Of a stretch of 54,070 bases of DNA, positions 43,101-51,480 are shown in pieces. The position numbers were made by a program, and so were the translations under genes. Within the stretch, counting starts at the first letter, position 1, and each line of letters opens with the position of its first letter. Below the pieces are notes generated by a model, which was given only the letters and a program-made list of their open reading frames with translations, searched no databases and was not told where the DNA came from. Origin of the DNA: Burkholderiaceae bacterium. Its GTDB lineage: Bacteria; Pseudomonadota; Gammaproteobacteria; Burkholderiales; Burkholderiaceae_B. The stretch lies in contig JBAYOJ010000001.1 in the NCBI GenBank assembly GCA_041678385.1, positions 1 to 54,070 on the forward strand, given 5' to 3'.

Positions 43101-43268
43101 GGGTTCGACCGATTCCGTCTGGATGTCCTGAAAACCCATCAGGCGGCGCAAGGCGCGGCTGGTGCCATTTTCATGGCCTGCCGGGTCACGCAGGAGCACC
43201 AGTGCCTTCTCGGCCGGGTCATGCAGCCGTGCTGCAAGCTTGGTTTGCCAAAGAATGTCAGTTTCCAT
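40152..43268 (-). CDS. cas10: Type III-B Cas10/Cmr2
   Basis: N-terminal LHDPAEK; GPVQPFIAAARK..DLWAGS; palm motifs MDGDHMG and YAGGDDV intact. Confidence 0.96.
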   Translation of the reverse strand: METDILWQTKLAARLHDPAEKALVLLRDPAGHENGTSRALRRLMGFQDIQTESVEPDNGQALAQTVLKGGIPKSMYRHIQRADWWAAAADRPQWPMEEITVPTTSGGTRTFKVAPWAQVHWTRQPVLIHPLTGESYDLGKKGGLQDTDFHDIKERSLEHHARLIGLVKNQDDDRLDWKKALLVLWRFAPELLEEDDNGKLGSLWNLLPADTRLPDHSIWEHLDLASAFAGAFAADPKGEPALLSLSIGPVQPFIAAARKAEDLWAGSHLLARLSWEAMRIVCDQLGPDAILFPRLRGIPQVDLWLRDQCGLPAELFTRCDWNHGRTDSNPLFVAATPNRFVAIVPAAQARALAEAIQRHVRGWLQAMGKDVLGRLLKAAQIEDQPDLYCHQQMHDQLDKFPEVHWAVVPFSLIRAKNTERQTDLDITELSAAMRPFFDAPDGKPCGFLATPAWQLLQKELILSEDNERSVFFAPNPGVLYPAIHDLSERLLSAAKSVRPFTQHPQTGWRDTLSGETEWLTDDALLLDIPPGKRTRRRAEHASTPAHHETLWMRIADQKPAWAKPGEHLGALSAIKRLWPTLFAEEVAAAIHQPAIGRFAISSHTMALAHQLDQWLEHGAPARSRLDDLLQRYPGLGPVALPRKLVRDHMKIESEAVKMASLMPALLDLADDEAAPDAAPANTVRRAVRQVLNTRSTQPQVSAETSGDASLETYYALLKMDGDHMGAWLSGGEEYAISYLQSLHPTVRAGFEKHAARQPDIAAYGKQKRALSPNRHMAISAALNDFSLRVARHVIEEEHLGRLIYAGGDDVLAMLPVADLLSAMQRLRNAYSGHDPEHEGGRDPAGLTLHKGFALLHNRLMRMMGTAATASCGAVIAHHQAPLSAVRRELDLAERRAKTEGKRDAFSITIIKRSGGALHLTDQWGEPLAALQALRSFLSQPNVSRRAAYHTLQWLNPQELPDPEGQADMLQSLLAYQFAQQSGGSPQAQPLACRLIDQACRQPTDQRINWLRNFIAVAEFMARETRNVAPRNESPRKAA

Positions 43269-43276
43269 GATCAGCC

Positions 43277-44383
43277 TTATGCCTTGATGCGTCGAAGCTG
43301 TTGTTCCGGATTATCGAGAAAAGAGTGAACCTGCTGCCATACGGCCTGAATCCTTGCCAGATCAGGGTTGAATGATTGTGGCGGCCTGCAGGGCGTATGG
43401 AACAGCACACCCACCAGTTTTTCTGGTTGCCCTGGGGCTGGCCTGACCTTGAATCGCAAGCTGTTCGGTAAGCGCGCTGCGTTGCCCCAGCTGGTGACCT
43501 CATGCTTAGTCACCGGATAGCTCAGCCAATGCCTGTCTTCGGGCTTTGCGGTATGGCCACCGGTGTGGAACGGAAATTGTGCGCGCATGCCGATACGCAG
43601 TTGCGCCAGGACGCCCATGATGGCCTCCCATGACTCTTTCGGTTCGGTTTGCCAGACCAGCAACCCCTGCTCATCACTACCCAGTGCGTGGGGCCAATCC
43701 AGTTGCAGGGCTTTGCGCCAGTCTTGCTGCAGATGGGGATCCAGGGCCTGGTCTGGCGCCCTGATTTCACCGTTTGTGCCATCTGCGGGCAATAGCAGCA
43801 TGGAGCCCCAGCCATTGCGACTGCGGCCACCAAGAGCACCATATTTATTGATCAACTCGATGGTGTGCTGCATGTCTTTGTGGGCTGAATCCGGATAGGC
43901 CAACGCCAGGTTGGCCGTGACATGAGCCTGAATGGCTGCATTGTTCTTGATACCGATGCGCCGAGTCTGACTGTTGTATTCCAGTGGCCCGTATCCTAGG
44001 TACAGATCGGGCTTCACGGATACCTTGACTCCGGCTGGATTGATGGCAGACAGGTTGGGCCAGTCTTTGAGTGTGCCCTCATTCCAGGCGTCCAGCCGCA
44101 GCCTGAGTTTGCTTTTGGTCGAGCGGAACTCATCTGCCGCCGCGCCAAAGAGTGCCTGTTCGGCATTCAGCAGGTCTGCCACGCGGTAATCCAAGGAACG
44201 AGCGACCGCCACGCGCCACCACTGCCGCATCAGTGATTTGATGGGTGGTGTACGCCATTGTGCACGCTGGTGCGCGTTGCCCAGGAAGGCTGGTGTCGTG
44301 AAGCTGAGCTGATAGTGTTGGGTAAGCATGGGCATTGTGACGGACTCTTTGATGAGCAGGTTATGGCGTTTCATGATCATCAC
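43277..44383 (-). CDS. cmr1: Type III-B RAMP Cmr1 (start possibly MPMLT)
   Basis: TPAFLG, R.P.IKSLMRQWWR, E..LFG, GALGGRSRNGWGS. Confidence 0.92.
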   Translation of the reverse strand: MMIMKRHNLLIKESVTMPMLTQHYQLSFTTPAFLGNAHQRAQWRTPPIKSLMRQWWRVAVARSLDYRVADLLNAEQALFGAAADEFRSTKSKLRLRLDAWNEGTLKDWPNLSAINPAGVKVSVKPDLYLGYGPLEYNSQTRRIGIKNNAAIQAHVTANLALAYPDSAHKDMQHTIELINKYGALGGRSRNGWGSMLLLPADGTNGEIRAPDQALDPHLQQDWRKALQLDWPHALGSDEQGLLVWQTEPKESWEAIMGVLAQLRIGMRAQFPFHTGGHTAKPEDRHWLSYPVTKHEVTSWGNAARLPNSLRFKVRPAPGQPEKLVGVLFHTPCRPPQSFNPDLARIQAVWQQVHSFLDNPEQQLRRIKA

Positions 44384-44697
44384 GCCCTGGAGCGCTGTTC
44401 CGGGCGCGTTACCGAGAATTCTTCCAGGGATGCCTGCAGCGCCTGCAGTTTCTCGGCGGTGAGCTCACGACCACGGTCGCAGCAGCCCAGCTGAACAGTC
44501 AGGTGAAAATAGCGACTTTTGCGTGCGCAGATGTCCGCAACGAGATTGATAGGCAAGGAACCAATGATGACGTCACCCGGGGCGACGTCATCAGCGTGCA
44601 GATGTTCCACATGGACGTCAAACGCAATCCCGTTGTTCTCCATCCACTTGCGGGCGCCTGGGTGCCGTGTGACCAACCAGCGTGTCATTGAGTGCAT
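44380..44697 (-). CDS. csx16: CRISPR-associated Csx16 (putative cA4 ring nuclease)
   Basis: VTRHPGA..W, HL, GDVIIGSLP, RGRELT. Confidence 0.92.
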   Translation of the reverse strand: MHSMTRWLVTRHPGARKWMENNGIAFDVHVEHLHADDVAPGDVIIGSLPINLVADICARKSRYFHLTVQLGCCDRGRELTAEKLQALQASLEEFSVTRPEQRSRA

Positions 44698-44891
44698 GTC
44701 CTGTACAAATAAGCTTCGATGCCGAAATTATCAAACGTGGATGATGCGATGTCCGGATTGGCAAGCTTGCCAAATCTGCGCTGAGGCTCGGGGTATTCCC
44801 TGATTCAACCAGCGGGGCCCGCGGGCGCGCATACCCCACATGCAATGAATAGAATCATGTATCGATGAATCAAGTCAAGGGTGGGTTGCGA

Positions 44892-45530
44892 CTATCTATT
44901 TTGAACCGGCCTGAGCGGTATGACTTTTGCAGTGGATATAGCAGCGCCCGTGGCTGCGATTTCCTGTGGTGCCTGCCGGGTAAGGTGGTTCGTGGGCTTT
45001 TCAGGAATTGAAAATTCCGTGCTTTTCGATGGGTGCGGCGTGCCTCGAGCCATGTACAAAAGTGCCTCGCCCAGGCGCTCAGCGGCTTCTTTTGTGAGTT
45101 GTATCGAACTGCCTGGTTGCCGACCTTCGAAGGTATCGTGCTGGGTTATTTTTATGCAGGTCTCACCCGGTTGCCAGCCTTCGACCAAAAGCGCCTCTTG
45201 CTGTTTTTCCTGGCACCATGACATGCAAGCGGAAAGACATTCATCCCATGGCGGTACCCAAAGGATTTCAAAGAAATGGCGCGCAAAGAGTTCGGCGCTG
45301 TGGTGGGTTAGTTCTTGCCCATCGAGAATGATGGGTTCGCTTTCGTCTTTCAAATAAAGCGGTGCCGGCGCATCATGACCCACCCATTTTTCCAGAAGAT
45401 AGCCATACCAGAGTGTTGGCGTTCCGACAGTCAGGCAACCGGGGTCATTTTCATACGTAATGAGAAAACGAGCATGTGTGAAGGGATAATTGCCCCACGT
45501 TTTGCCACCCATTTTGATGGAAATATTCAT
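44892..45530 (-). CDS. Hypothetical protein (212 aa) inside the CRISPR locus
   Basis: Long ORF in lower-GC DNA with GGAG-poor, AT-rich upstream region; co-oriented with cas genes; no recognised family. Confidence 0.7.
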   Translation of the reverse strand: MNISIKMGGKTWGNYPFTHARFLITYENDPGCLTVGTPTLWYGYLLEKWVGHDAPAPLYLKDESEPIILDGQELTHHSAELFARHFFEILWVPPWDECLSACMSWCQEKQQEALLVEGWQPGETCIKITQHDTFEGRQPGSSIQLTKEAAERLGEALLYMARGTPHPSKSTEFSIPEKPTNHLTRQAPQEIAATGAAISTAKVIPLRPVQNR

Positions 45531-45719
45531 TGAATTTAGCTGGAGTAAATTGATCTGCCTTGCCCAAATGGCATGTGGTATTTTTGATTGGGTTGTTTCA
45601 AGCGTGACTCATATTGCTGAGATGTCAGTTTACATCAGTAAGTTTATTTTGTTTTGAATTTTTGTGTGAGAAAGTCGCTCGGTGTTTTAATTGATCAATA
45701 CTAACCAAATCCATGGCAG

Positions 45720-48359
45720 TGTTTAATCTCCTTCATAGCAGGGCAGCGTTCGAACTGAGGCGCAGGCGATCAAGCCGTCCACAGCGGCACGCGTCTTAAT
45801 CCCTTTCATATCAGGGCAGCGTTCGAACGCTTCGCGGGTCGCCCGGGTGACGCGGGCGAAGCGTCTTAATCCCTTTCATATCAGGGCAGCGTTCGAACCC
45901 TTCATGTTTGTAAATACCCCAGTGGGGTACGTCTTAATCCCTTTCATATCAGGGCAGCGTTCGAACGCTTCGCGGGTCGCCCGGGTGACGCGGGCGAAGC
46001 GTCTTAATCCCTTTCATATCAGGGCAGCGTTCGAACACCCAGGCCCGCGCTATCCTCTTCACCGTGTTCACGGTCTTAATCCCTTTCATATCAGGGCAGC
46101 GTTCGAACTTGGGGCGACTTTTACGATATCGCCGTATGCTCGTGGGTCTTAATCCCTTTCATATCAGGGCAGCGTTCGAACTGATGTACTGGTCGAGGAC
46201 CCACTGACCCGGCAGGTCTTAATCCCTTTCATATCAGGGCAGCGTTCGAACGTTCAAAAGAGCGCTGAACAAAGCCTACAAGCTGGGGTCTTAATCCCTT
46301 TCATATCAGGGCAGCGTTCGAACGCCAGGCCCGCGCTATCCTCTTCACCGTGTTCACGGTCTTAATCCCTTTCATATCAGGGCAGCGTTCGAACAAATCC
46401 CGCAAGTCGCCCTTGAACCCGCAGTACGTCTTAATCCCTTTCATATCAGGGCAGCGTTCGAACCCGGCAATCTTGATTGGCAACGAGCGCGGCGCGGTCT
46501 TAATCCCTTTCATATCAGGGCAGCGTTCGAACAGGGCCTGCGCCCCACCGATCATGCCCTGGGCGGGTCTTAATCCCTTTCATATCAGGGCAGCGTTCGA
46601 ACACGCAAAAAGCCAAGATGATTCGCAGTTCATTACTGGTCTTAATCCCTTTCATATCAGGGCAGCGTTCGAACGCAAGCAGCGCGACGAATTCGTAAAT
46701 TTCGAGGGGTCTTAATCCCTTTCATATCAGGGCAGCGTTCGAACTTAGCGAAATGGTATGTTGCTCCTATCGGGCTGGTCTTAATCCCTTTCATATCAGG
46801 GCAGCGTTCGAACCGAAGCCTACAAGGATGCCTGTGTGCGGGAGGTGCTGTCTTAATCCCTTTCATATCAGGGCAGCGTTCGAACCCTGGATTGCGCTGG
46901 AAGGATCGCACCGCATCCGTCTTAATCCCTTTCATATCAGGGCAGCGTTCGAACCGCCGTGCCGGTCATGGCTCCAGAAACGGAAGACGTCTTAATCCCT
47001 TTCATATCAGGGCAGCGTTCGAACTCGAAGACGACATGAGCTTGGAAGATCTCACATGGGTCTTAATCCCTTTCATATCAGGGCAGCGTTCGAACGCTGA
47101 CTGTGACGCCAATGTCGATTTAGGAATGGGTCTTAATCCCTTTCATATCAGGGCAGCGTTCGAACCCCCGAGAACGCTGTACGAGGCTTTCGAAGACCCC
47201 GTCTTAATCCCTTTCATATCAGGGCAGCGTTCGAACCGCCCAATTCGGCGAGGTTAGCCACGCGGGCAAAGTCTTAATCCCTTTCATATCAGGGCAGCGT
47301 TCGAACGACACCAGAAGATAAACTGCTCGCCGCCATTTTGTCTTAATCCCTTTCATATCAGGGCAGCGTTCGAACGCCCAACAGCATTGAGACCGGCTGG
47401 TACCTGCTGTCTTAATCCCTTTCATATCAGGGCAGCGTTCGAACCTTTTACGCCAACCAAAAAGAGCGCCAGATCCGCACGTCTTAATCCCTTTCATATC
47501 AGGGCAGCGTTCGAACCGAGGACGACTGGATAATCGAAGACATTGCGGCAGGTCTTAATCCCTTTCATATCAGGGCAGCGTTCGAACCTGGACGGATGGG
47601 AGAAAATGGGGGACGAGTCGGGTCTTAATCCCTTTCATATCAGGGCAGCGTTCGAACCAACCCGCCGTTGGCGTATCGGCTCGGCTCAAGGGGTCTTAAT
47701 CCCTTTCATATCAGGGCAGCGTTCGAACCCGCGCTGTGGGGAAAACTTCCCCGCCACGGCTGCGTCTTAATCCCTTTCATATCAGGGCAGCGTTCGAACC
47801 CAGTTGGAAACTCACCAAGGACGACAAGGACTGTCTTAATCCCTTTCATATCAGGGCAGCGTTCGAACCAATCGCGTTTTTGATGGGTGGTTCGGAGACG
47901 TCAGGTCTTAATCCCTTTCATATCAGGGCAGCGTTCGAACGGAGCGAAAAATGCAAATACAACAGGAACTTACGTCTTAATCCCTTTCATATCAGGGCAG
48001 CGTTCGAACACCAAAAAGAGCGCCAGATCCGCACTCTGTTGGTCTTAATCCCTTTCATATCAGGGCAGCGTTCGAACTGGGCGCGCTGTGGGAAGTTGAG
48101 CGCGAATACTGCAGTCTTAATCCCTTTCATATCAGGGCAGCGTTCGAACGCATCAAGTCGTGGCAGGCCGCGATCAACGAGGGGTCTTAATCCCTTTCAT
48201 ATCAGGGCAGCGTTCGAACACCCCACACCCCACACCCTGCATCTGCTCAAGCGTCTTAATCCCTTTCATATCAGGGCAGCGTTCGAACACCAATCGCGTT
48301 TTTGATGGGTGGTTCGGAGACGTGTCTTAATCCCTTTCATATCAGGGCAGCGTTCGAAC
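45720..48359 (-). CRISPR. CRISPR array: 38 repeats (37 identical, 1 degenerate trailer) and 37 spacers of 32-37 nt
   Basis: 36-nt repeat, + strand GTCTTAATCCCTTTCATATCAGGGCAGCGTTCGAAC; degenerate copy at 45720-45755; minus-strand repeat ends ATTAAGAC (type III-like 5' tag), placing the leader on the right. Confidence 0.99.
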
Positions 48360-48432
48360 CCCTCTCCTTGAATCCTTGTTGTCTGGCAATAGCTTACGAG
48401 GAGGGTTGGGGAAATTTTCCAAATCTTCAAAG
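48360..48432 (-). promoter_or_regulatory. CRISPR leader (short; may extend into the cas2 3' end)
   Basis: Non-coding stretch between the cas2 stop and the first perfect repeat, opposite the degenerate end. Confidence 0.7.
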
Positions 48433-48747
48433 TTAGCCATTGTGCATGTTCTGCAGGACTATGTTCCCGGCTATGAGAAGGTTACCGTTCGCCGGTCTTT
48501 GCCCCATGAATTGTATCGCAGCAGTGGTTTTGAGACCATAGATCCTCACATCATCGGCTCTCGGGTCGATGAGACCGTACAGTTCCACCTCCAGGCGCTT
48601 GCGTTCGGGTTTGGACAGTTGGCAATAGAAGACGCTGTATTGCAGCGGCATGCCCCAGCGACACATGCACCGATGCACTCGCACTAGTCGGCGTGGTTCA
48701 CGAATGTCGTAACAAACAAGCAGGTGCCGGGATTCGTGTCTGCTCAT
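48433..48747 (-). CDS. cas2: CRISPR-associated Cas2 (array-proximal copy)
   Basis: LLVCYDIREPRRL..V, LQYSVF, DDVRIY. Confidence 0.95.
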   Translation of the reverse strand: MSRHESRHLLVCYDIREPRRLVRVHRCMCRWGMPLQYSVFYCQLSKPERKRLEVELYGLIDPRADDVRIYGLKTTAAIQFMGQRPANGNLLIAGNIVLQNMHNG

Positions 48748-49547
48748 GGCTTTGTGGATCGCCCGGAACGATGAAATAAATGATCTGAACGATCCCAGCC
48801 AACATGCTGATATGTATAGCGCAGTGCCTCGATGTGGGATTCGAATTGTGCATGCAGCGTTGATGCACTTTTGAGCTCAAAAAAATGCGTCCTGTCCTTG
48901 TAGCTGGCATCAGGGGTCATACGCCGCCAGCGTACATAGGCCCAGAGCAGCGGAATTATCAACGCAGGAAGCAATGCCGTTTCAAGGCTTTCATACTTGT
49001 TCCGCAAGGTGCGAGCCAGCGGTTGCAGTCCTTCAGTATCGATGGTCGCCTGCATCCATGCCAGGATCTGGGCGCGCAGCCAGTGCAATTCATTTTTCGT
49101 GTCGAGCTCAGGGAGAAAGTGAACCAGGTAACTCATCAGCCTCTTCTGATGCGATTGAAAATCACCACAGATGCCTTGCCTGAATACCAGGCTCCATGCG
49201 TGATATTCCTGATACCTTCGCCATTCCTGAAAACGCCAGTAATCTCTGCTGTGCTCGATGCGATTGGCCAGTTCACGGGCCCAGTGTACGCCATCGCGCT
49301 CGGGTTGGTGAAGAACTGCCTGAAGAGCCCCACGACCATCCTGTATATGAACAACGCCACCTCTGCGCACGATTTCCAGGCAGGCTTGCAGCAGATCAAT
49401 TTCGTTGGATTGAATCACTGCGCGGGTTACCCTGTGTACGGGAATGAGGGTGTCGGCCTGTTCGGGAATGCTGACGCGCAGCGCATTGCCATCGAGCCGC
49501 ATTCTGGCGTTCGAGTCGATCAGGTACAGGGTTCGGTTCTGCGTCAT
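48744..49547 (-). CDS. Degenerate Cas1-like protein (Cas1 N-terminal beta domain; catalytic motifs absent)
   Basis: N-terminus aligns by eye with the neighbouring Cas1 (TLYL..ALRV..IP..V.R..QDGRG vs TLVI..ALVI..VP..ISR..PGRG); no EG, GFLH or DxxE motifs; ATGA overlaps on both sides. Confidence 0.75.
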   Translation of the reverse strand: MTQNRTLYLIDSNARMRLDGNALRVSIPEQADTLIPVHRVTRAVIQSNEIDLLQACLEIVRRGGVVHIQDGRGALQAVLHQPERDGVHWARELANRIEHSRDYWRFQEWRRYQEYHAWSLVFRQGICGDFQSHQKRLMSYLVHFLPELDTKNELHWLRAQILAWMQATIDTEGLQPLARTLRNKYESLETALLPALIIPLLWAYVRWRRMTPDASYKDRTHFFELKSASTLHAQFESHIEALRYTYQHVGWDRSDHLFHRSGRSTKP

Positions 49548-50524
49548 GGTATTGATCCCTCGGGGCGCCCCCCTTCACATGGCGAGCTGAAGTGCGCCAC
49601 GCATGTTCTGGCAAGATGACTGGAATAACGTCGAAACCATGTCCGGTGGATTCCTGCCTGTTGCTCGTATGCGGGGAAGAATACCTGCCTTGCTGCCTTG
49701 CCCATTCTGGATGCGCCACCATCCAGAGTGAACTGGTCTGCGCACAGGGTGCGCTCGGCAAATAACCGCCAAACCAGGCGCTCGATTCGTGGGCGCGACA
49801 TTTCGACAAAATCACAGGCCATGGATTCACGGCTGTGGTCAGGATCATGCAGAAATCCCAGCATGGGATCAAGCCCTGCTTGCGTGATGGCGCGCAGGGC
49901 GTCGCTGTGGGCCAGCGTATAACCCAGGGATAAGGCTGCATTCACTGGATCCCGAGGTGGGCGTCGGTTGCGGTCGTTGAATTCCAGTGCAGGCGCAAAA
50001 AGGCTGCGGTATGCAGCGAAGAATCTTGCCGAGGCTGCGCCTTCGACCCCCCGCAAAGACGCCACATTGTCCACACGTTGTGCGTTTTTCAGGGCACTTT
50101 GCAGGCCATCGATCCCGCGCGTCAGCGAAAGGCGGAGATCTGGCCTGGTGAAGAGTGCGTGCATGAGCAGCCGGCGATCACCGATGATCTTCAGGCTTAC
50201 GAAGTGGCGCGCCCATCGCAGCAAAGAATCTCGGCACTGGATGAGGCGATACTGCCCCAGTCGACGACTTGCATCACCGTGGCCCATGCCATATAGAAAC
50301 GCATTGCGTCGTGCGCCGCGGCCCGGCATGGCGATCAGGCTGATTCCGTGCTCGGCCAGGTGCGTCAGCAGGGTACTGTCGATGTTCACTGATCCGGCCA
50401 GGATGATGCGGCTGATCTGGCCGAACGGTACGCTATGGGGGCGCTGATTGGGCAGGCGGATCACTAGTGCACCGGCCTGTTGTGCCAGACAGGTACCCCT
50501 CTGATCAATCACCAATGTATCCAT
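49544..50524 (-). CDS. cas1: CRISPR-associated integrase Cas1
   Basis: LRGVEGAAS, RNRRPPRDPVNAALSLGY, GLDP.LGFLH, DFVE. Confidence 0.97.
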   Translation of the reverse strand: MDTLVIDQRGTCLAQQAGALVIRLPNQRPHSVPFGQISRIILAGSVNIDSTLLTHLAEHGISLIAMPGRGARRNAFLYGMGHGDASRRLGQYRLIQCRDSLLRWARHFVSLKIIGDRRLLMHALFTRPDLRLSLTRGIDGLQSALKNAQRVDNVASLRGVEGAASARFFAAYRSLFAPALEFNDRNRRPPRDPVNAALSLGYTLAHSDALRAITQAGLDPMLGFLHDPDHSRESMACDFVEMSRPRIERLVWRLFAERTLCADQFTLDGGASRMGKAARQVFFPAYEQQAGIHRTWFRRYSSHLARTCVAHFSSPCEGGRPEGSIP

Positions 50525-50532
50525 GGAGCGTC

Positions 50533-50814
50533 CTATCCGATGTAATAGAAATCCGGGTCCTTGGGCTCGGTCGCGATGCCAAGCGTGGAGACGGGGTGCC
50601 GAAGCTCCAGGGGAAAGAAGGCGATGCTGTCGGCACCCAGATCGAGAACCCTGCTCAGTTGCGCTTCAAGTTCGCGCTGTTCGGTGTCGCTGAGCCAGCA
50701 TTCATAGGCAGATTTCTGCCCGCCGCTTGCATAGCCCCTGACAGCATGCAAAGCGGCTGTCAGCCGTTTGGGTTCACGAACATCATAGGCAACCACGAAT
50801 AGCTTGCGAGACAT
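50533..50814 (-). CDS. cas2: CRISPR-associated Cas2 (first copy); in frame with the upstream RT remnant
   Basis: MSRKLFVVAYDVREPKRL...GGQKSAYECWL. Confidence 0.92.
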   Translation of the reverse strand: MSRKLFVVAYDVREPKRLTAALHAVRGYASGGQKSAYECWLSDTEQRELEAQLSRVLDLGADSIAFFPLELRHPVSTLGIATEPKDPDFYYIG

Positions 50815-50898
50815 GTCGTTTGTTGGTTTGCACTGGACATGGGGATATTCTGCTCCCGGGATAGCGCCGCCTGGTGCGCGGCAAGCTTGCTGATTCCA

Positions 50899-51341
50899 AT
50901 CGGGATAGGGGGCAGTCCTTATAGACTGCGCCCCTCCCACACCACCGGGCATGTTGCGTCCACACGAGCGGCATGTCAGTTGCTGGATACGTTGCTTGAG
51001 CGTCGCCAGCGCCTTGGTCGCCACCCAGAAGCTGTAGCCCAGGAATTTTCGGTCAGTGAATACACTGGCAACGGCGCCTTTGGTCTCGTTGACCTTCAGG
51101 TGCAGCCGAGCATATGACCGCCGCTTCAGGTACACCCGAATCAACCGGATCACTCCGGCATCCGGGATGCGTTTCTGCAGGTGATCGATCAGAATGTCGT
51201 GGTTGACGCGACCAAAGAACTTCTCCAGATCCACGTTCACCACGATACAGCGGCCAGACTGAACGTACGACTGAGCAGCAAGCATCGCATCATGCGCACG
51301 GCGGCTCGGTCGGAAGCCGTAGCTGTGCTCGCTGAAGGTGG
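50899..51341 (-). mobile_element. Collapsed group II intron remnant (IIC-like): RT fragments plus 3' half of domain V and domain VI
   Basis: FSEHSYGFRP..AHDA, VDLEKFF.RVNHD, KVNETK, KFLGYSF; no YADD; 3' end CATGCCCGGTGGTGTGGGAGGGG-GCAGTC/GACTGC-CCCCTATCCCGAT. Confidence 0.85.
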
Positions 51342-51407
51342 AATTAACGTGAAAAACTGCGTGTTCTGGGCGCGCAGCCCCTGGCCTCTCGGAAGTGGGC
51401 GGGGGCG

Positions 51408-51480
51408 ATGATCACGATGAGCCAGAAGGAAATCAGCAAACTGCGGGGGCTTGAGCAGGTGCGCCACGGGGGGCGGTCTA
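51408..51480 (+). pseudogene. Possible N-terminal fragment of an ISNCY-type transposase
   Basis: MITMSQKEISKLRGLEQVRHG resembles ISNCY transposase starts (from memory); frame then degenerates. Confidence 0.35.

Noticed and set aside
46252-48113. Short shared words between spacers (AAGCCTACAAG; GCGCTGTGGG)
   Set aside because: Only 10-11 nt with unrelated flanks; compatible with chance.
45847-48305. ORFs with repeated LNPFHIRAAFE / FERCPDMKGIKT peptides
   Set aside because: Translations of the CRISPR repeat.
45756-48323. Self-targeting spacers and a PAM-like end bias (18 of 37 spacers end in G on +)
   Set aside because: No match within the window was noticed by eye (not exhaustive), and the bias is too weak to call without statistics.
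50533-51285. Functional RT-Cas fusion for RNA spacer acquisition
   Set aside because: The RT lacks YADD and most of the palm and thumb, and Cas1 is not RT-fused. Kept only as a remnant.
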